Source of the DNA: Oculina patagonica
Taxonomy: Eukaryota
Length of the DNA stretch: 64,000 nt
Reading direction: 5' to 3'
NCBI RefSeq assembly: GCF_052425735.1
Contig: NC_135764.1
Coordinates: 16,988,001 to 17,052,000 of the forward strand
The notes under the pieces are model-generated. The model was given only the letters and a program-made list of their open reading frames with translations. It was not told the DNA's origin and searched no databases. Position 1 is the stretch's first letter, and every line of letters begins with the position of its first letter. The translations under genes were made by a program, and so were the position numbers. Shown here piece after piece: positions 60,501 to 64,000 of this stretch.

Positions 60501-62241
60501 TTAATAACTGTACATTTTTGTAAGACTAATAAAACAAGTTATTTCATGAAATTGATTAGTTCTTTGTCTGAATTTGCAGCATCTACTGGACCATCCTAGA
60601 TGGAGCTGAGGTCAATCGGAAATTTATAAAAATGCATTTTCCTGGCTATGATGCAGTGGACAAAAAATTTGTCGCATTTAATATGCACACTGGTGGTCCA
60701 ATGGTGTTCATGGTTGATTGCAAGGTTAGTAATCCAGAATCAGATGTGATTGTTTTAAAATCTTGTACTCACATGCAATATTACAAAATAAAATAGTGAT
60801 GTCATGTGTTTGACCTCTCCAACCAAGGCAACCCAAGCAAATACTTCGCAAATTGACCAATAATGATTGCAGGTCACAAAATGGTCACAAATTTATTGCT
60901 GTAGTATGCGAATCATCATTTTGTGTAAAATCCTTTGGTCTTAATTCCCTAACTTATTGCAAAGACTATTGTTGGGTGGCAATGACTGCAGTTGTTGCAA
61001 TGTTATATAACAAAACATTATTTGCATATTAATGCATGTCTCTTCATAAATTGTTCTCCGCAATTAATTCATGTAAATGAACAGTTCTTGTGTTCAACTT
61101 TGCAGCACAATTTCAAGAAAATTCGTAACAATGTTGAAAAGTCAAACCTATCTGGAAAGCCACGCTGCCTTACAGTTGATGGAAAAAAAATTCTGTGGTC
61201 ACATTTAGTGGAGGCTTACAAGTTTGACCAGGAATGTACGTCCATCCACATCCATGAAAAGCTCAAAGAAGAACATTTCAACCTTGACCCTGCACTAAGG
61301 ATGCGAAATCATTTGGCAGAAGAGGTCCTGGACAGCAAAATGCACTACCTGATGAAGGTAAAATAGATTCATTTTTTATTAGTGTTAAAAGAAAACTGGA
61401 ATCCAACAATTAATGACTAGAGACAATCACACTGTTTTTCTTTTCTGTTTTGACAATGTACATTTGTACTACGCAAAACTTAAATTTTAATTTTGTGCCT
61501 GCATTGTACATCAAAGCTTATCATAACTGTTATGGCAGTTAAGCACACCTTTCTTATATTGTTTACATCTACATGTAAGCCCTCCCCTCTTGGGAGGTAA
61601 ACTTAAATGCAAAAAGGAATTTAAAAAAATATACAGAAGAATATAAAAATAGAATATGCATCATATTAACCACTTAAACATACATGTACTGCCCATGATA
61701 ACAACTCAGTGGAGGTGAAATGAATCGACTGCACTTATTCATTTATTACAAACAGGCCTACAGAAGACACATTACAGAGAATGGGAAGGACGGAAGTACT
61801 CTTGACAGCACAATTAAACTGATTGAGCACACAAGCTCCCTAATCGAGTTTTTCAGTACAAGCAAAGATGCCATACAAAGCAAAGACGATACAAAATTAC
61901 AATGCTTGGACAGATCCCTTGCCTACTTTGCTAAATGGAATAATGAAGTCACAAAACCAACCCAATTCATATCTGACAAACTATGGTTTGACCTCCAGGC
62001 AATGATTCATGGATTCAAGGCAATGGTTAACATCAAATTAACCAAATTCCCTAACTCTATCATTAAAGCTTGGCTAGTGAATCAAGACTGTGTCGAAAAT
62101 CATTTCTGCATGACCAGGTCATGCAATGGCCAAAATAATAATCCAACGTACAGACTTCAAGAGTCTTCACAAAACTCAATACGGTTTGGAACCACCACCG
62201 TAAGCTCAAAATGCAATGCTGGTGTCAGCAAAGCACATTAG
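57518..62241 (+). CDS. P-element-superfamily (THAP9-like core) DDE transposase with N-terminal RFX-like winged helix; 9 exons, ~845 aa
   Basis: Exons 57518-57630, 57758-58804, 59279-59374, 59486-59624, 59835-59928, 60133-60298, 60580-60724, 61106-61357, 61756-62241 total 2538 nt with no stop or frameshift. Motifs YRWHP..LPSNRTIR, FVIDEMKI (D1), ILDGAEVN (D2), DCKHNFKKIRN, MRNHLA and NQDCVENHF (E). Confidence 0.9.
58925..59061. mobile_element. Palindromic MITE in transposase intron 2
   Basis: Perfect ~56-bp arms GGATCAATTTAGGTTTCTGGGAAACTGCTCACCTACCCCTCCCCAAACCTAACATT and reverse complement; flanks AAAAATTC / AAGAATTC may be an 8-bp TSD. Confidence 0.9.
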
Positions 62242-63215
62242 CAACATTAAAATCCAAAAATGCACTATTATTTAGCTTGTGGCTTAGGTTATCAGCTTAG
62301 ATATTTTTTTGTAGATGAAGTAAATATGACAGCACAGTACTTAAACAGAAGAAACATGTAGGGTTGATTGGTCCGTGAGAAGGTACATACATACACAATA
62401 TACATACATACATACTGGTACATACTTTGATAAGGTTTTTATTTAGTTGGGATTTTTTGCGGTATGAAATAAAATCATATGATTTCATTGTGTTATGCAC
62501 AATCACAGGATTCAAGATAGTGCAATACTGGTGTAATTCTGCGAATACAGTACCAACATTTTTTTTGCTTTGTGTTGTATCATTGCCTCTCTCGGGAAGT
62601 TTAAGGGTTAAAAATTTGGCATGGAATTTTTTGGGACCATTTTTTGGTCAAGGGTTTTGGTCTCCCATCAATCTTTTTTGTCACTTGAAATCCTCTATAC
62701 CCCACCCCCATATTGGCAATCCATTTTAAACACAGCATATTTCATGTGCAATGCATTCCTAGGACCCAGTGGCTATGTTTCTTGGCATGCAAGCTGTGTT
62801 TCTGAATGGCAAAATTCACATAAAACCATAAAGTAGTTGTGTAATATTCTCCTTCAAGTACAGGTGTAGGTCTATATTGGCTGTTAATTTCAGTTGCCAG
62901 TTTTTTTTTTTTTAACAATAAAAAAGGTTATTAATAATTCATGTAGAAAACATTTTTGCATTCAATGAAATTCAGAGTAAATTAGGTCAGAGACAGTTTT
63001 GTAAAGAATTTAAAACCAAGAGTTTTGTAAAGAGTTTTGTAAAACCATTGTAAAGAGTAAAGTAGGTCAGAGTAAAGTACATGTAGGTCAGTGTCAGAGA
63101 CAGTTTAATTTGTGGTTTACACACAGGGTGAAGAACCATGTTTAGATTTCCTTACAATGTACATGTACATTAACAAAATATCAATAAAAAATGTTACTCA
63201 CCAGTATAAGATGTG

Positions 63216-63704
63216 TTAATCTGACCTCGTGATTCGCAACACAATCCTCCCATCATTCAAATCTGTTGATGCACTCAGATGATTAAGGCAATGTGCATGT
63301 GGCATGGAGTCGTTTCTATCACTCTCTTTCAAAACATCCACCAGTCTTTCAACTAGTACCTTCTTTGTATGGCTGGTCCTGACCTGGATACCATAGGCTT
63401 GACTCAGCTTGACCACTTCGTCTTTCTTGTATACTCTGTTGAAACCAGAGAAACCATGCTTTTGCACAAAGGCATGAAGCCGTCTATGGCTATCTTGCTT
63501 TCCTGGTGATCTGTCTTCCACTATTGTGGCGAATTTAGGGTGGTCACTTCTTTGATCAGCAACTTGTTTTCGCTGCAAGACGCGTTTCCTATGCTCTGCT
63601 GTTTTCTTCAGCTTGTATGCACGGCGGAAGTCCTTAAGGAACTGGCATGTGGCCATTTTCATGTACCGAATGACCACATCCTTTAACAACTGACTCACAA
63701 GGAC
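63216..63704 (-). CDS. Last coding exon of an unknown basic, helical protein with a SAP/HeH-like motif, convergent with the transposase
   Basis: CTGTAG acceptor before 63704; 162 open codons to TAA at 63216; YKKDEVVKLSQAYGIQVRTSHTKKVLVERLVDVL resembles helix-extension-helix DNA-binding motifs. Confidence 0.7.
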   Translation of the reverse strand, partial: VLVSQLLKDVVIRYMKMATCQFLKDFRRAYKLKKTAEHRKRVLQRKQVADQRSDHPKFATIVEDRSPGKQDSHRRLHAFVQKHGFSGFNRVYKKDEVVKLSQAYGIQVRTSHTKKVLVERLVDVLKESDRNDSMPHAHCLNHLSASTDLNDGRIVLRITRSD

Positions 63705-63869
63705 CTACAGGTGTAAATCAAAAATTCAATAACTCTTTATATGGTAAATACATGTATACCGCACACTACAACATATGAACAATCCACATTCGCTCCAGTA
63801 AATTGCCGAAAAGCACTCAGGCTGCAACAGTATTTCAGCAGCCAATATCTTATTTTACATGTATTACAC

Positions 63870-64000
63870 AATGTGTGGTTCCAGTAAATGTCCATACTCC
63901 CCCCACAGTACAGAAGGGATTGTGAATTTATTAGGGTGGGTAGGGGGTCTCGACTGCCAATAACTTTGAAGAAAATGTATGAAGCTTAATAGGAATAACC
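63870..64000. mobile_element. Left end of a MITE in the intron of the convergent gene
   Basis: AATGTGTGGTTCCAGTAAATGTCCATAC terminus; a related end, GTACGGATATTTTCTGGAATCGCCCATT, lies in reverse at ~40487-40513. Confidence 0.5.

Larger units (their letters stand above)
56132..64000. mobile_element. Large DNA transposon in an SLC23 intron, right end outside the window
   Basis: Begins TTAA-CCCCTCAGGGACTGGGGGG about 70 bp after the SLC23 donor. Contains a P-type transposase gene and a convergent gene. No matching inverted end was seen in the window, so the boundary is inferred. Confidence 0.6.

Overview
Eukaryotic (animal) genomic DNA, AT-rich and intron-dense, with two N-gaps (19859-20358 and 24636-24766). 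Gene content and repeat style suggest an anthozoan cnidarian, probably a stony coral (inference). Genes were reconstructed by hand across GT-AG introns. In order: an arginine-kinase-type phosphagen kinase (-); a transmembrane mucin with SEA, EGF and TSP1 domains and a PDZ-binding tail (+); a 5'-incomplete ATF2/ATF7 bZIP gene (-); a second, inverted copy of the kinase (+); a BTB/POZ protein (+); a secreted pre-pro papain-like cysteine protease resembling streptopain/C10 (+); a 16-exon ISPD/CRPPA gene (-); and an SLC23/NAT transporter (+) whose last visible intron runs off the window. That intron contains the most unusual object here. It holds an intact 9-exon, about 845-aa P-superfamily DDE transposase with an RFX-like winged helix where a THAP finger is expected. 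The transposase ends just after its catalytic Glu and faces a convergent second gene. Both lie downstream of a TTAA-CCCC piggyBac-like end. Other points of interest are exon-limited homogenisation of the two kinase copies (only one has an MGSC acylation signal), Penelope remnants with hammerhead ribozyme cores, many palindromic MITEs and SINEs, and three GC-rich, T-poor blocks that are probably read artefacts. No database searches were run; family calls rest on motifs recognised by eye.
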